A stretch of DNA of 64,000 bases from Eledone cirrhosa (taxonomy: Eukaryota), in NCBI GenBank assembly GCA_964016885.1, contig OZ024743.1, positions 164,114,001-164,178,000 of the forward strand. The letters run 5' to 3'. How positions within the stretch are numbered: the first letter of the stretch is position 1; every line of letters starts with the position of its first letter. Under the pieces are notes generated by a model. It had not been told where the DNA came from, made no database searches, and was given only the letters and a program-made list of their open reading frames with translations. This document shows, one piece after another, positions 40,038 to 53,784 of this stretch. The translations under genes were made by a program, and so were the position numbers.

Positions 40038-40080
40038 ACAGTCCTGATGAAGGGTAATGACCCAGAAACATGTTGATTGT
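40038..40080 (+). ncRNA. Minimal type I hammerhead ribozyme (PLE-type)
   Basis: acagtc CTGATGA a gggt-aatg-accc a GAAA CATG TT gattgt: 6-bp stem I, 4-bp stem II, palindromic stem III (ACATGT), GUU site. Confidence 0.8.
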
Positions 40081-40414
40081 TCCTCAATGCTACTGTTGGA
40101 CAAACAGATGGCGATAGTCGTCAAGACACAGCATAGCTTAGTCGGGCCGTTAGCTTGCAAACAAATCAAATATTATTATAGAAATAAAATTCATTCTGTT
40201 TTTATATATATGTATGACTAACTTTGATAGGTTTCGGCCAGTATTGGCCCAGGCCTTGTCTAACTTAAAAGCATCACTTGGCGAAGTCGTTCAAATCGGG
40301 ATTTGGACATCATGGCCCACTCAAGTAGATGGTTATTGTTTATGGAGACATATCCAGGTGTAGGTGGTTTATCCGGGATTTATATATATGTGTGTATATA
40401 TATGTATGTATGTA

Positions 40415-41260
40415 TCATCATCAGCATCTTCGTTTAACGTCCATCTTCCACGCTAGCATGGATTAGACGGGAGTTGTCCCACTTGAGGCAAGGTTGGTCG
40501 GGTGACCATGTCTCGCTCATATAGGACTATCTGGCGGGTTTTCTACAGCTGGATGCTCTTCCTAACACCAACCACATTTACAGTGTGGAACTGGGAACTT
40601 TTTACCGTGTTACCTACATGGCCACATTACAGCATGTACTGTGTTGTGACACCGACACGATCGCGATCTCATTATCTCATTTATTTGGGCATTGGATTGG
40701 CAGTATCGGTAGAGGGGCGGACGCCATGCCCTTGCCATTATGAGTTCAAATCCCGCCGAGGTTAACTTTGTCTTTCATCCTTACAAGGTTGATAAAATAA
40801 AGTACCAGTAATGTACTGGGTAATTGCTGGCCTTGTGCCTAAAGTAGAAACAATTATCTCATTTATTTGGACTGGGTGTTGTGGTACCAACTTTACAGAG
40901 AGAGTGTGGTGTTGGTGGGAGTGGGAGGATAGGGTAGGGGTAGTGGATTGGGGTGTATATTTGGTTAAGAGGTGCCTACTGACTAGGTTTTGCTTTGTAC
41001 ATAGGCAAGGCGGGTTTTCTGTATTACAGCGTAGCGCCAAAGATCTCGGTCCAGTGACATTGTCTTGGAGAGGTGTAAGTGTGTAAGGTCGGAATTTATC
41101 AAATCGTCCCAGGTTTTTCTGGGTCTGCCTACTCTGTAAATACCATCAATTTTGATCGCCCTGCACTTTTTTATACAGCTGTCGTCTTTCATGCGCATCA
41201 CGTGACCGTACCAACGTAGTCTTCTCTCAAGTAAACAGCATCTGATCCCTCTTATTCCTA
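40415..41260 (-). mobile_element. RTE 3' end with a SINE inserted at about 40690-40855
   Basis: [24 protein letters not shown] flanked by TSD attatctcatttatttgg. Confidence 0.9.
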
Positions 41261-41459
41261 TGTATATATGTATGTATATATATATATATATGTGTGTGTG
41301 CATATATATGTGTATATGTATATATATGTGTGTGTGTATATATATATATATATATGTGTGTATATATATATATGTGTGTGTGTATCATCATCATCGTCGT
41401 TTAACATCTATCTTCCACGCTAGCATGGGTTAGACAGGAGTTGTCCCACTTCAGGCAAG

Positions 41460-42975
41460 ATTGATCTAGATGAAATGCAGTTTGGGTTTGTGCCAGGTAA
41501 AAGTATCACGGGTGTTCTTTTCCTTGTACGGCAATTACAGGAGAAGTATCTGGCTAACAGTAAACCCCTCTACTTAGCTTTTGTTGACCTGGAGAAGGCC
41601 TTTGCAAGCCATATATAGAGGAACAGTCAGCAAGGTTAGAATTAAGGAAGAATATAGTGAAGAATTTAGCGTAATGGGGTAGGGGTACACCAGGGCTCCG
41701 TTCTTAGTCCCTTCCCGTTTATTATTGTCCTACAGTCTATAACAGAGGGGTTTAAGACAGGCTGCCCATGGGAACTTCTATATGCAGATGATCTAACTCT
41801 CATAGCTGAATCCATGGCAGAACTAGAGAAGTTCAAACATGGAAGCATGGCCTTGAATCAAAAGGCCTTAGAGTCAACTAGTCTAAGACTAAGGTTCTAG
41901 TATGCAGAAAGGATAATAGGGCACAGGTACCCTCTAGGAAATGGCCATGCTGAGTGTGTGAGAAAGGAGTAGGCAGAAAATCTATTCTCTGTCCCAAATA
42001 AAAAATATCGGTACATAAAAGATGTAGTTGGATCAGAGGTAAGCTATCTAAGAATGTAGATTTTTATATTTGGCCGATGCTCAGGTGCAGTAAGTAGCAA
42101 GGACCCACTGGATGATATCGCCTTCAACTGCCCAGATGGTTCTATAGAAATAGTACACACTTTCCGTTACCTGGGTGACAAAATCAGCAGTGGAGGAAGG
42201 TGCTCTGAAAGTACAGTAGCCAGAGTTAGAACGTGATGGAAAAGGTTCAGAGAACTAATACCACTGTTGGCCACAAGGGGTTTTTCTCTAAAAATGAAAG
42301 GCAGATTGTATGATGCATGTATACGAACGGCAATAGTACATGGTAGGGAGACTTGGGCATTGTGTGCTGAAGACCTGTGTAGATTAGAAAGAAATGAAGC
42401 TTGCATCCTCCGATTGATGTGTAATAGTAATGTGTGCGAGATAAGAGGGAGACTAAGCATAAGAGGTATCAAATGTTGTGTTCTGGAGAGAAGATTGCGT
42501 TGATATGGACATGTGATGCATATGAAGGACGACAGCTGTATAATAAAGTTCAGGGCAATGAAAATTGATGGAAGCTGCGGAGTGGGTAGACCAAGAAAAA
42601 ACTGGGACAAGGTGATAAAAACTGACCTTGCCCACCTACACCTCTTTGGCGCCATGCAGTTGTACAAAAGACCAGACTACCATTGCATACAAACCTAGTC
42701 AGTAGGCACCTCTTAACTCAATGTACACCCCACCACACACCCTACCCCACACTCCCACTCCCGTTCCGTCCACTGTGTCGATGACACAACAGTCCACATT
42801 GTAAGGTGACCGTGTAGGTAACCCGGTAAAAACCTCCCAGTCCACACTGTAAACGTGGTTGGTGTTAGGAAGGGCATCCAGCTGTAAAAAAAACCTACCA
42901 GAGACGCTTCCGTGTGAGCAAAACCGTCTAACCCATGCTAGCGTGGAAGATGGATGTTAAACGATGATGATGATG
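41460..42975 (+). mobile_element. 5'-truncated RTE LINE
   Basis: RT to 3' UTR with (gat)n tail; same subfamily as 16900-20655. Confidence 0.92.
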
Positions 42976-43037
42976 TATATATGTATATATATATATGTAT
43001 ATATATAAGTATATATATATATATATATTCATATATA

Positions 43038-45860
43038 TCATCATCATCATCATCGTTTAACGTCTATCTTCCACGCTAGCATCGGTTTAGATGGGAATTG
43101 TCCCACATGAGGCAAAATTGGTTGTCTTGCTCGTATAGGACTGCCTGGCGGGTTTTCTATGGCTAGATGCCCTTCCTAACACCAACCACGTTTACAGTGT
43201 GGACTGGGAGGTTTTTACCGTGTTACCTACACGGCCACATTACAGCGTGGACTGTGTGTTCTTTTGTTGTGACACCTACACGACCTCATTTATTTAGGAC
43301 TGGATGTTGTGGTACCAACATAACTTTACAGAGAGAGGGTGGTGTTGGTGGGGGTAGTGGGATGGGGTTGTATTTTTGGTTAGGAGGTGCCTACTGACTG
43401 TAGGTTTCACTTTGTACTTAGGCAAGGCGGGTCTTCTGTATTACTGCGTAGCGCCAAAGATCTCGATCCAGTGACATTGTCTTGGAGAGGTGTAAGTGTG
43501 TAAGGTCGGAATTTATCAAATCATCCCAGGTTTTTCTGGGTCTACCTACTCCGTAACTTCCATCAATTTTGATCGCCCTGCACTTTTTTATACAGCTGTC
43601 ATCTTTCATGCGCATCACATGACCATACCAACATAGTCTTCTCTCGAGTAAACAGCATCTGATCCCTCTTATTCCTAATTTCTTGCTTAGTTCATTTATG
43701 TTTTGCCGTTCGCGTATATTACTATTACACATCCAATGGGGCATGCATGCTTCGTTCCTCTCCAGTCTGCGCAGGTCCTCTGCACACAATGCCCATGTCT
43801 CACTGCTATGGAACATTGCTGCTCGTATGCAGGCATCATACAATCTGCCTTTCATTTTTAGAGAAAAACCTTTAGTGGCCAATAGTGGTATAACCTCTCT
43901 GAACTTTTTCCACCCCGTTCTGACTCTGGCTACTGTACTTTCAGAACACCCTCCACCACTGCTGATTTTTCAGCCAGGTAATGGAAAGTGTCCACTATTT
44001 CTATAGAACTATCTGGGCAATAGAAGGAGCTTGTATCCTGTGGGCACTTGCTACTACTTATTGCACCTGAGCATCGGCCACATATAAAATCTACGTTCTT
44101 AGATAGTTTACCTGTGATCCCACTACATCTTTTATGTACCCATAGTTTGCATTTGGGACATAAAATAGAGTTTCTGCCTAGTCCTTTCCTACACACTGAG
44201 CATGGCCATTTCCCAGAGGGCACCTGTGCCATATTTTCTACAAACTAGAACTTTAGTCTTAGACATGTTAACTTTAAGGCCCTTTGATTGTAGGCCATGC
44301 TTCCATGTTTGGAATTTCTTCTCTAGTTCAGCCATCGATTCAGATATGAGAGATAGATCATCTGTGTATAGAAGCTCCCATGAGCAGCCGGTCTTGAACT
44401 CCTCCGTTATAGCCTGAAGGGCAATAATAAATAGGAGGGGGCTAAGGACAGAGCCTTGATGAACTTTTACGCTAAATTTTTCACTATATTCATTGTTAAT
44501 TCTAACCTTGCTGACTGTTTCTTTCTACATGGCTTGTATAGCTCTCACAAGCCATTCATCAACACCTAGTGTTCTCAGGGCTCACCAAATAATGGAGCAG
44601 GGGACTCTGTCAAAGGCTTTCTCCAAGTCAACAAAATATATATATATACACACACATACATATATATATATATGCACACACACATATATATGCACATAAC
44701 AGCCGTACTAAGAGTGAGAAATGAAATTTTGTTTCATTTTTTCCATTTTACATATATATATATATATTTATATATATACATACATAGACCCATTCGTTCT
44801 GAAATGGTGATACCAATTTGCATATAACTAGCACTCATGTTGGTAATTAATTAAAATATGTAGTAGCCGAAGTGTATGATAAAGTTATATTTGGGTATGC
44901 CTTAGTATTTGACAGCATCTGTCTGTCTCGCTGTCTAACTAGCAGGAAGTCAATCTGGCTTATGTGCTCGCCTGATTTGTAGGTTATTAGGTGGTTGGTA
45001 GGCTTCTGGAAGTTAGTGTTGCAAATGGTTAGTGCATTTGCATCACAAAATTCAAGAAGCCTCACTCCTTCTTCATTTCTTGAGCCGTAACCGTGCCCAC
45101 CATGTACCCTGGTGTATCCATCCTGGAGCTGTCCAACTTGTCTATTGAAGTCCCCTGCTAGCATAATGATGTCTCTATCCTCTGTCATTGAGGCTGTTTG
45201 TAAAAGTTGCTCGTAAAAGCAGTCTTTCTCTTCTTTACCTAGGCCTGCCTGGGGAGCATAGGTAGAGATGATTGTCAGTAGTCTCTTACCTACAACTAAT
45301 CTAAGCTTAATTATTCTATCACTAACTCTAACTACCTCTATTGTCTTATTGTTCTGTCTCTCAGCCAGTAATATGCCCACCCCACCTAACCCATCATCAT
45401 TACCCACCCAGAAAAGCTTATAACTACGATGTTTGCCTGCGATTAGTCTTGCAGAGGCACCTCTCCTTCTCACCTCTTGCACACATCCACATGCCTTCTC
45501 TCCAGCATCTCCGCTATCTCACCAGATCTACCTGTTAGAGTGCCAACATTAAGTGTGGCAACTCTGAGATGCGACGTCTCGTTCTTTTTCCTGTTGTGTG
45601 ATTGCCTGATGACGGTCGTGAGGTTCTCACACATGGCTCACCAGCCACGCCACTACCGTGCGCAGCCCTAACATGGTTAGTGTTATTGCTGTTTACGCAG
45701 TTGTTTTTGTGTGATTGCTTGGTGACGGCCGGGGGGTTCTCGCACATGGCCGCACCACCCACCCCACTACCGTGCGCAGCCCTAACATGGTTAGTGTTAT
45801 CGCTGTTTACACTGTTGTTGCAAATTTCAATCGTTGTGTTCATAGTGTTTGGCAGTAGTA
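43038..45860 (-). mobile_element. RTE LINE retaining its 5' end (APE start), internally deleted and interrupted at about 44635-44890
   Basis: LRVATLNVGTLTGRSGEIAEML...VQEVR, IISTYAPQAG, IDFLL (APE). RT and 3' UTR at 43038-44635. Confidence 0.92.
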
Positions 45861-45930
45861 TATATATACTGGTTGGATGCCCTTCATAACACCAGCACCA
45901 CTTTACAGCATGAACTGGGTGCTTTTATTT

Positions 45931-45989
<59 letters not shown>

Positions 45990-46224
45990 AGCAGACATAA
46001 AAACAAATGAAAGCCATGAAAGAAAGAATAATAAATAAATGTATTCTCTTCTCTTCTTTCTCCTTTCTAATTCTTGCTTTCCATTCCAGCCTCTATCTCA
46101 TATCATATATGATTACATATAGAATATGTAACGTGAGAATTTAGTTGTTGCAACTTACAAATTATTCTCAGTTGGTTTGACATAAACTGAAAATCCACAC
46201 ACTATACAAACACACACATGCACA

Positions 46225-46256
<32 letters not shown>

Positions 46257-46944
46257 TGATAGAATGGTGCTTTGTGTCCATGTGTATGAATATAGATGAG
46301 CATGTATATAAAAGTGTGTCAGTGTGTGTCTGTAATATATCATCATCATCATCATTTTATATCAGTTTTCCTTGCTCACATGGGTCGGAGTAAGTTAGTA
46401 CTAAATTGGAGCTGCTGTCCTCCTAAACCAACATGATGTTGCATTTCTGGAATGTTTTCTACAGCTGGATGTCCTTCATAATACCAACCCACCCACTTTA
46501 CAGAATGTACTGGGAAAATTTAATTGTGGTGCCAACACTACCATTTTCCAGAGTGTAATGGGTGCATTTTAAAACGGTACCAGTAGTACAACTTTACAGA
46601 GTGTACTAGGTGCATCAGCACTAGAAAGTTTCATATTTATTGTGTTGTAGAAAAAACAACATCCCATAAACATACTTGATATTCTTTGACTCACCTTCTG
46701 TATTAAAAATGTGTAGAGTGTAGGTGTTGTATAAAAGGTAAACAAGTTTCTAAACAACCATGGCTTCATGGTTAGGATCATAAGAACATGGGTTCAATTC
46801 TTTGTGATGTGTTGTCCTTGTACAAGAAAATTTATTTCTCATTGTTCCATTCAACTCGCTGGCAAAAAATGCATTGTACACTGTCACACTGAGTCTCCCT
46901 GAAAAATTACCTAAAGAGTGCACCTGCCAATTGAATGTTAATTT

Positions 46945-47090
46945 CATGAGTAGGCTGATCCAATGCTGATGGAGGTCACACATGAGCAGGCTGATCCATT
47001 AATAATGGAGGTCACACATGAGCAGGCTGATCCAATGCTGATGGAGGTCACACATGAGCAGGCTGATCCATTAATAATGGAGGTCACACA
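46945..47090. repeat. 36-bp tandem repeat x4 in ABAB order (72-bp higher-order unit)
   Basis: catgagcaggctgatcca(atgctg|ttaata)atggaggtcaca alternates. Confidence 0.95.
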
Positions 47091-47389
47091 ACAAGAAGCA
47101 GGAATACATATCTGGAAATATTGTTGCAGTCAGTTAGCCTTCTGGTCAAATCTACACATCATTTGACCATGAAGCTAGTTGAATAAAAACTATAGATCCA
47201 GTCATGGCTGAGGGGTTAAGGAGTTTGTTTCACAACCACATAGTCCTGTGTTCAGTCCTACTGTGAAGCACCTTGGGTATGTGCCTTCAACTATAGCCTC
47301 GAATTGACCAATACCTTGTCAGTGAAATTTGGTAGATAGAAACTGCAGAAACTCACATACATATACACATATATATACATATAAGACAG

Positions 47390-47915
47390 TATTGAAGTTT
47401 GCTTGAAGCATTGTGGAATAATAAGGTATATTTCTTCAAGTCGTTTTGGAAGCCTCGACAATGCAGATGGGTAAATCTCCGGGTAACAAGATCCGGTGGT
47501 GGAGAGAGAGATGTAAGTGAGCGTATGTTGAGATGTGTAGCATGTAGAAGAATGTAGGAAAGAGTGTAAAGGATAAAAATAATAACACGAGATAGAGTTA
47601 CCTTGGGAGAGATTTAATTGTCCCTATATATTTCGGATTCACATCCATCAACTGGGGTTTTTTTCCGGGGAGGGGTGGGGGAAGGTTGTCTGTCGGAAAG
47701 GTGCGAAACGTGTCCTCCGCTGTTCGTTGTTTTGAATATCTGAAGTATTCAGCAGAGCGAGCGCGCGTGAAATGGGGTCGGTCAAGCAGAGGTCGGCGGC
47801 CGAAATAGCCAAATGCAGAAACAAAGAAAGAACTATGTGTTTCCGGAAAGACGAGGCCCTGGTGTTAGTGTGCTCCTTGATCCGGATGTGCAGCGGCCGG
47901 ATTGTGCTACCTATA
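47390..47915 (-). mobile_element. Short derivative of the 20655-23795 PLE family (pLTR plus GIY-YIG snippet)
   Basis: 47400-47730 matches 20660-20950. YIGSTIRPLHIRIKEHTNTRASSFRKH matches 21370-21455. Confidence 0.88.
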
Positions 47916-48483
47916 TAGTGTTGGTCAATAAAAAAAAAAGTACCAGTCACTGGGGTCGATTCTTCCTCTATGTCTCTTTCTTCCTTACATTCTTTTACTC
48001 TCAATCCTTCTCTTGAAGAAATCTCCTGTACTCTGACCTGGAGAGGAGATGGGCTCTGCCAAGTTTTGTAATGTCCTAGAAACGCTGTATATCAATATGG
48101 CACGCCTACGTTTCCCTCATAAATTACAGAACTATGCAAGCATGCATAATGTCTGTCTTGCCTTGTACTTTAGATCATTTCGGCCACTCACCATCTTTTG
48201 CAACATATTGCATAGATTAAAACTTGTGCTTGTAAAAATAAAAAATTTTTTTAAAGTATTGCTTGAAATTTTCTTGCCAAAAGTAGAGTTGCCTGAACTG
48301 ACTTCACATAACAGAATGTATATACAATAAAAAATATGCAAGCATGAAATAATAATATTAATGGTGGTGGTGGCTATAACAATAATAATAATAATCTATA
48401 ATATAATAAAGGGAGGTGTGCGGGACAGTGTCCATTTTATATTTTTTTATCCCGTGAGTAAAATAAGTTGGATTATTTTGAAA

Positions 48484-48872
48484 TAATTGTTTCTACTTTT
48501 GGCACAAGGCCAGCAATTATCCCAGAGCATTACTGGTACTTTATTTTATCGACCCCGTAAGGATGAAAGGAAAAGTTAACCTCACTTGGATTTGAGCTCA
48601 GAACGTAAAGGGCCATAACTCTATGCTGTAAAGCATGGTGTCTGACGGTCTACCGATGCTGCCAATTCATTACTTTGAATAAATAATTGTTTCTACTTTA
48701 GGCACAAGGCCAGCAATTACCCAGTGCATTACTGGTACTTTTATTTTATCGACCCCGTAAGGATGAAAGGCAAAGTCAACCTCGGCGGGATTTGAACTCA
48801 GATCGTAAAGGGACGTAACTATGCTGGAAAGCATGGTGTCTGACCCTCTACCGATACTGCCAATCCACCACC
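48484..48872 (-). mobile_element. Two tandem Meta-type SINE copies, just after a Helitron-like 5' end (TCTATAATAATAAAGG at about 48396)
   Basis: Two complete reverse copies. TSD attactttgaataaataat flanks the second. Confidence 0.88.
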
Positions 48873-49199
48873 ATTACTTTGAATAAATAATGAATGAATA
48901 TTATATAATTTACCGACTAAATTTTGTAATGCATGATTAAACAAATAATTTAATGTATTGCTCAAGATCCACCTCATTTAAAAGTTTCAAATTTAAACTA
49001 CCAGTATAACACAAACTTACAAAAATACACACTCGCGGACATACATTCACACAAATACACATACTTTCACACAAACACATACATTCACACAAACACACAC
49101 AGTCATGATAGCAACGTTCGATAAATTGGGAGGGTAAAATGAAGTATAACTTTTTATTTATTAACAACACAATTTACTCTTTTTATTTTGAAAACTCAT

Positions 49200-49832
49200 T
49201 TGTTGTTACAGGTGTATTCACGGTTGTATAAAAAATATAATAATATAATGCTTACAGAACAAAAACACAAACAAATATAATATATACAAAGGAAAGGGAA
49301 AGTAAAAAAAGAGAGGAAAAAACACAGAAGTAGGTAATACACACATCTAGGCCCACATAGAATAAAATGCAGGTGTAAGGGGGACAAACGAGCCACTACT
49401 AGAGCAAAAGATAACAATATAGCGAGGAGCACTGGGAAACCTAATAATCTTTGAGGCAAGCCAGCATGCTCGCAGTGTTACCTGGGGTGATGGCGACGCT
49501 GAGGTGCTGGAACAACCAAGTGCCCTCACGAGCATCATCAGTTACCTCTGTTTGGCAAGCCACCAGTGAAGATAAGAACTTAGCTGTCAGTAGCCTGGTT
49601 CCCCCAAATGTCTCAAAAGTCACAGGCTGAATAAAGTAGTTAGCTGACAGATCACGATGTTTTAGGATTTTGCTCCATTCAGCTGCAGATGCTGTAACTC
49701 TCGCCCTTACCACTGCATCCAGGATGTGGGAAGAAGCAAAAGAGTCACTAACTGTCACGTCCCAGATAAGGCACCTGCCTCTTGACCAGGGGCACAGGGT
49801 AAGACCGTCAGGTCATTTCCTATCAATTCTGG
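49200..49832 (-). mobile_element. CRE-clade non-LTR retrotransposon 3' end (restriction-like endonuclease)
   Basis: PDGLTLCPWSRGRCLIWDVTVSDS...AEWSKILKH...PVTFETFG...LFQHLSVAITPGNTASML, a typical CRE RLE C-terminus. Confidence 0.85.
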
Positions 49833-50215
49833 GCAGAAATGGGCTTCCTCCGAAGGGTTTTTGGAGTAACGTTACTTGATAAAGTACATAGTTCAGAGAT
49901 GAAAGAATCTCTACTGGTAGAGCCGCTACTTCTCCGAATAGAGAAATCACAACTCCGATATTATGAGCATGTGGTTAGAATGCCTCAGGAAAGAATCACT
50001 GGACAAATTTTACATGCAAAGCCAACCGGCAAGAGTCCCAGAGGTAGACCCTGAGCAAGATAGTTGGATAACATCCATGAGTTTAGCTGGTCACACTTTG
50101 CGATCCAGCTGGATCAGTTAGAGATGTTTGCTTCTGACAGACTCGCTGGAAGGAGTGTTTGAGAAGGACTCTGCCCCCACGACCCTCTCAGAAATAAGTG
50201 GGCCGAAGAAGATAT
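49832..50215 (+). mobile_element. RTE (Expander/Rex3-like) 3' fragment
   Basis: MGFLRRVFGVTLLDKVHSSE...VEPLLLRIEKSQLRYYEHVVRMP...PTGKSPRGRP. Confidence 0.85.
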
Positions 50216-50239
50216 TGTCAATTTACATATATCTATATG

Positions 50240-51392
50240 CGAAGCAGGAACCAGAAAGAAGGGGTCCCAAAGTCAACCTGACAAAGACTAAGGTCCTCGT
50301 AATTAGACGAGAAAATAGAACCCAGATCCCCTCAGGGAAATGGCCTTGCTCAGTATGTAGGAAAGGTGTTTGGTAGGAATTCCATCTTCTGCCCCAAATG
50401 CAAACTATGGGTACACAAAAGATGTAGTGGGATCTCAGGAAGCTTAGTTAGGAATTTAGGCTTTACATGTAGCAGCAAACAGCCACAGGAAACAAGCACT
50501 ACCAAACTCTGGGAGTACTCTGTAGAAACAGTAGACAGCTTCTGCTACCTAGGTGACCAAATTAGCAGCGGAGGTGGGTGTTCTGAAAGTACAGAAACCA
50601 GGGTAAGAACAGGATGGAAGAAGTCCAGGGAGCTACTGCCACTGCTAGCTACAAAAGGCTTTTCCCTCAAAATGAAAAGTAGATTGCGTGCATACGAACA
50701 ACAATGTTATATGGTAGTGTGACCTGGGCGCTGTGTGTAGAAGACTTGCGGAGATTAGAAAGAAACAAAGCTTGCATGCTCCGATGGATGTATAATAGTA
50801 ATATATGTGAACGGCAAAGCATAAACGAATTGAGAAAAACTAGGCATAAGAGGAATCAAATGATGTGTGCAGGAGAGGAGGTTGCATTGGTATGGACATG
50901 TGATGTGTATGAAGGATGACAGTTGCATAAAAAGTGCAGAGCACTAAAAATTGATGGCAGCCATGGAGTGGGGAAACCCAAGAAAACCTGGGATGAGGTG
51001 ATAAAAGCTGACCTTGCCCAATTGCACCTCTGGCATCACACAGTAATACAGAAGACCCGACTTCCCACGGGAATAAGCCAAAGCTGAAGCATATAAACAA
51101 TATGCCCCCCATCCCCTCCCACTGCAAAGTGGTTGCGGAGGTGTCACAACAAAAAAAGCATCCAGTCCACACTGCAAAGTGTTCGCGGAGGTGCCATGGC
51201 AAAAAAGCACCCAGCACTCACTGTAAATGAGGCTGGTGTTAGGAAGGGCATTCAGCTATAGAAATCAAGCCAAAATCAGTTCCCGTATGAGCAAGACAAG
51301 GTCAGCAGACTGGACACTGCCCACAACAGGACAACCCGTCTAACCTATGTTAGCATGGAAGAATGGACGTAAAACAGTGATGATGATGATGA
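50240..51392 (+). mobile_element. RTE 3' part with UTR and (gat)n tail
   Basis: GKWPCSVC, VDSFCYLGDQISSGGGCSE, LERNKACMLRWM. Confidence 0.88.
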
Positions 51393-51764
51393 CCAATATG
51401 CACACTACATATGTTAGCAGAAAACTGCCCAAAGTGTGGTCTTTTTGTTAGTAATAGTAATAATTGTTTCTACTTTAGGCACAAGGCCAGCAATTTCCCA
51501 GTGCATTACTGGTACTTTATTTTATCGTTAGTAATAGTAATAACGATTTCTAATTTAGGTGCAACAATAGCAGCTTTGAGGGGGATTGTAAAGTTGATCA
51601 TATTGACGCTAGTACTCTAGTGGGACTTTATTTTAGTGACCCTGGAAAGATGAAAGGCAAAGTTGATCTCAGCAGAACTAAAACTAAAACTAGAACCTAA
51701 CAAAATAATGCAATACATTTCATCTGGCACACTAACAATTCTACCACTCCACAACTCTTAAATA

Positions 51765-51952
51765 ATTGTTTCTACTTTTGGCACAAGGCCAGCAATTAAC
51801 CCGGTGCATTGCTGGTACTTTATTTTATCGACCCCGTAAGGATGAAAGGCAAAGTTAACCTAGGCAGGATTTGAACTCAGAATGGGAAGGGCCGTAACTC
51901 TATGCATCAAAGCATGACGTCCAACCCTCTACCGATACTGCCAATTCACCGC
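51765..51952 (-). mobile_element. Meta-type SINE with TSD, in a SINE cluster spanning 51460-52180
   Basis: TSD ccacaactcttaaataat on both sides. Confidence 0.88.
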
Positions 51953-53784
51953 CCACAACTCTTAAATAATGATAATTTATTTTATTTGCCACAAGGACAT
52001 TGAATGAAGGAGACATTAGAAAGACATGTTGCAACATGGTATAGATTTACATAGAAATGCGCTACTTTTGGCACAAGGCAAGCAATTATCCCAGTGCATT
52101 TTATCGACCCCGTCAGGATGAAAGGCAAAGTTAACCTCAGCGGGATTTGAACTCAGACCGTAAAGGGACATAACTCTAATAATAATAATATGAGAAGTTA
52201 AATATGAAAATTAGCCAATTATATTTTGGTGGTGATGATGATGATGACTACTTTACATTGCAGTAACTGTTGCTTAGTCATATTTGTTGGTATAGTTTTA
52301 CCATCCTGTCTGATGTGGTTACTGGTACTGCTTCTTGAAGAACCACATGCTAAGTCAATTAAAATTGAGAAAGTCTACCATACACACGTACACATTTTTC
52401 TTCCCTCTCTCTCTTTCACTGCTATACATATGTATTTGTTTGTGCATACAATATGTTTGTGTGTGTGCATATATACATACATATATATTGTTTTTATATT
52501 TGCTTATATACACACACACATACTTATACATATAGACATAGATACATACATACACACACACACATATATATATAGTGTGTGTGTGTATATTCATTTTAGC
52601 AGTGTTGTAGACATAAATAAATATTGATATCTTAGTACTAAGTCGCCTTTAGTTATAATCTTACTCCATACAATGGGATGTGATGGGAAGGGACCTATCA
52701 TGCAACACACTTCATCTTCTCTTGAAGTAACTTCTGCATCTTAGTTATGTCACCAATACCTTTTTTTAATTTGACACTACCATTTCTGTATTTGTAACCC
52801 TTTTGTTACAAAATGTCAATGAAATGTACTATCTATGAATTTTCAAATACTTTTGAAAATAATAAAAAGTTTGGAAGGATTTAGTAATATAATATTCTCA
52901 TTATTATGTTTGTGTTTAGAGTATAACTATACAAAGGTTCTTACATGAAATTATGATGGAAGATTTTAAAATAAATACAATAAGCACTTTAACCCTTTCA
53001 TTACTATATGTCTAATGAAAAACACTGCTTATAACTTTCAAATAATTTTGATAATAATCAAGAATTTGGAGAGATTTCATTATTAAGCTGATGTTTGGAG
53101 CATAATTTAACAAAATACTTGAAAATAAACGATTTTGTACCACAGAACAAGGTTTCAGGTAGTTTCAGGTGGTATCAAAAGGGTTTGAGAAGTTTAGGCT
53201 GGGATGGGGGTCAGTATGTCACCAGTATCATCATCATTTAACATTTCTTTTCCATGCTGATATGGGTGAGACAAGTTATCACAGTCCAAGAGGAACCATG
53301 TCATACATCTGGATACCCTCTCTAATTCAAACCATTTTACCAGTTCCAGTTAGTAATATAACTGTGTGGTTTTTGGAACATAACTTAACAGATGTTCTTA
53401 CTTAAATGGTGGAAGCTTTTTATAGATAGATATGAACACTTAAAACAAGCAACTATCAATTATATCAGGATCTGTTTCAGATACGCTGCTATCAAAAGGG
53501 TTAATTTGCTCTCAAACATGACACAAGAAAGAACATATTTGATAATGCAGTTATAGATAACTTTACAAAGATGAGAATGTGTCATGGTTGGAATTCCTTT
53601 GATCATAGGTTTCTTCATTGAAGGTTGGCATGAGGTTAAACAACCATCTAATAGATGTTTATGATTGAGATAGAATGTCAAGTCTTCACTGTTCTCCTAG
53701 TCGCTGTGCATCCTCTCTTTTAAATCTTTCACAATGAGGGAGATTTGGTTGCTATTTACAAGCAAGTTAATTGAACACATAGAG

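Noticed and set aside
40215-40270. Minus-strand HHR-like remnant (AGACAA ggcc...ggcc GAAAC)
   Set aside because: Core and stem I are too decayed to call; not counted.
47400-47470. Second HHR-like motif in the pLTR (TTGTCGA ggcttcc AAAACGAC, minus strand)
   Set aside because: Too many core differences and no proper NUH or stem I.
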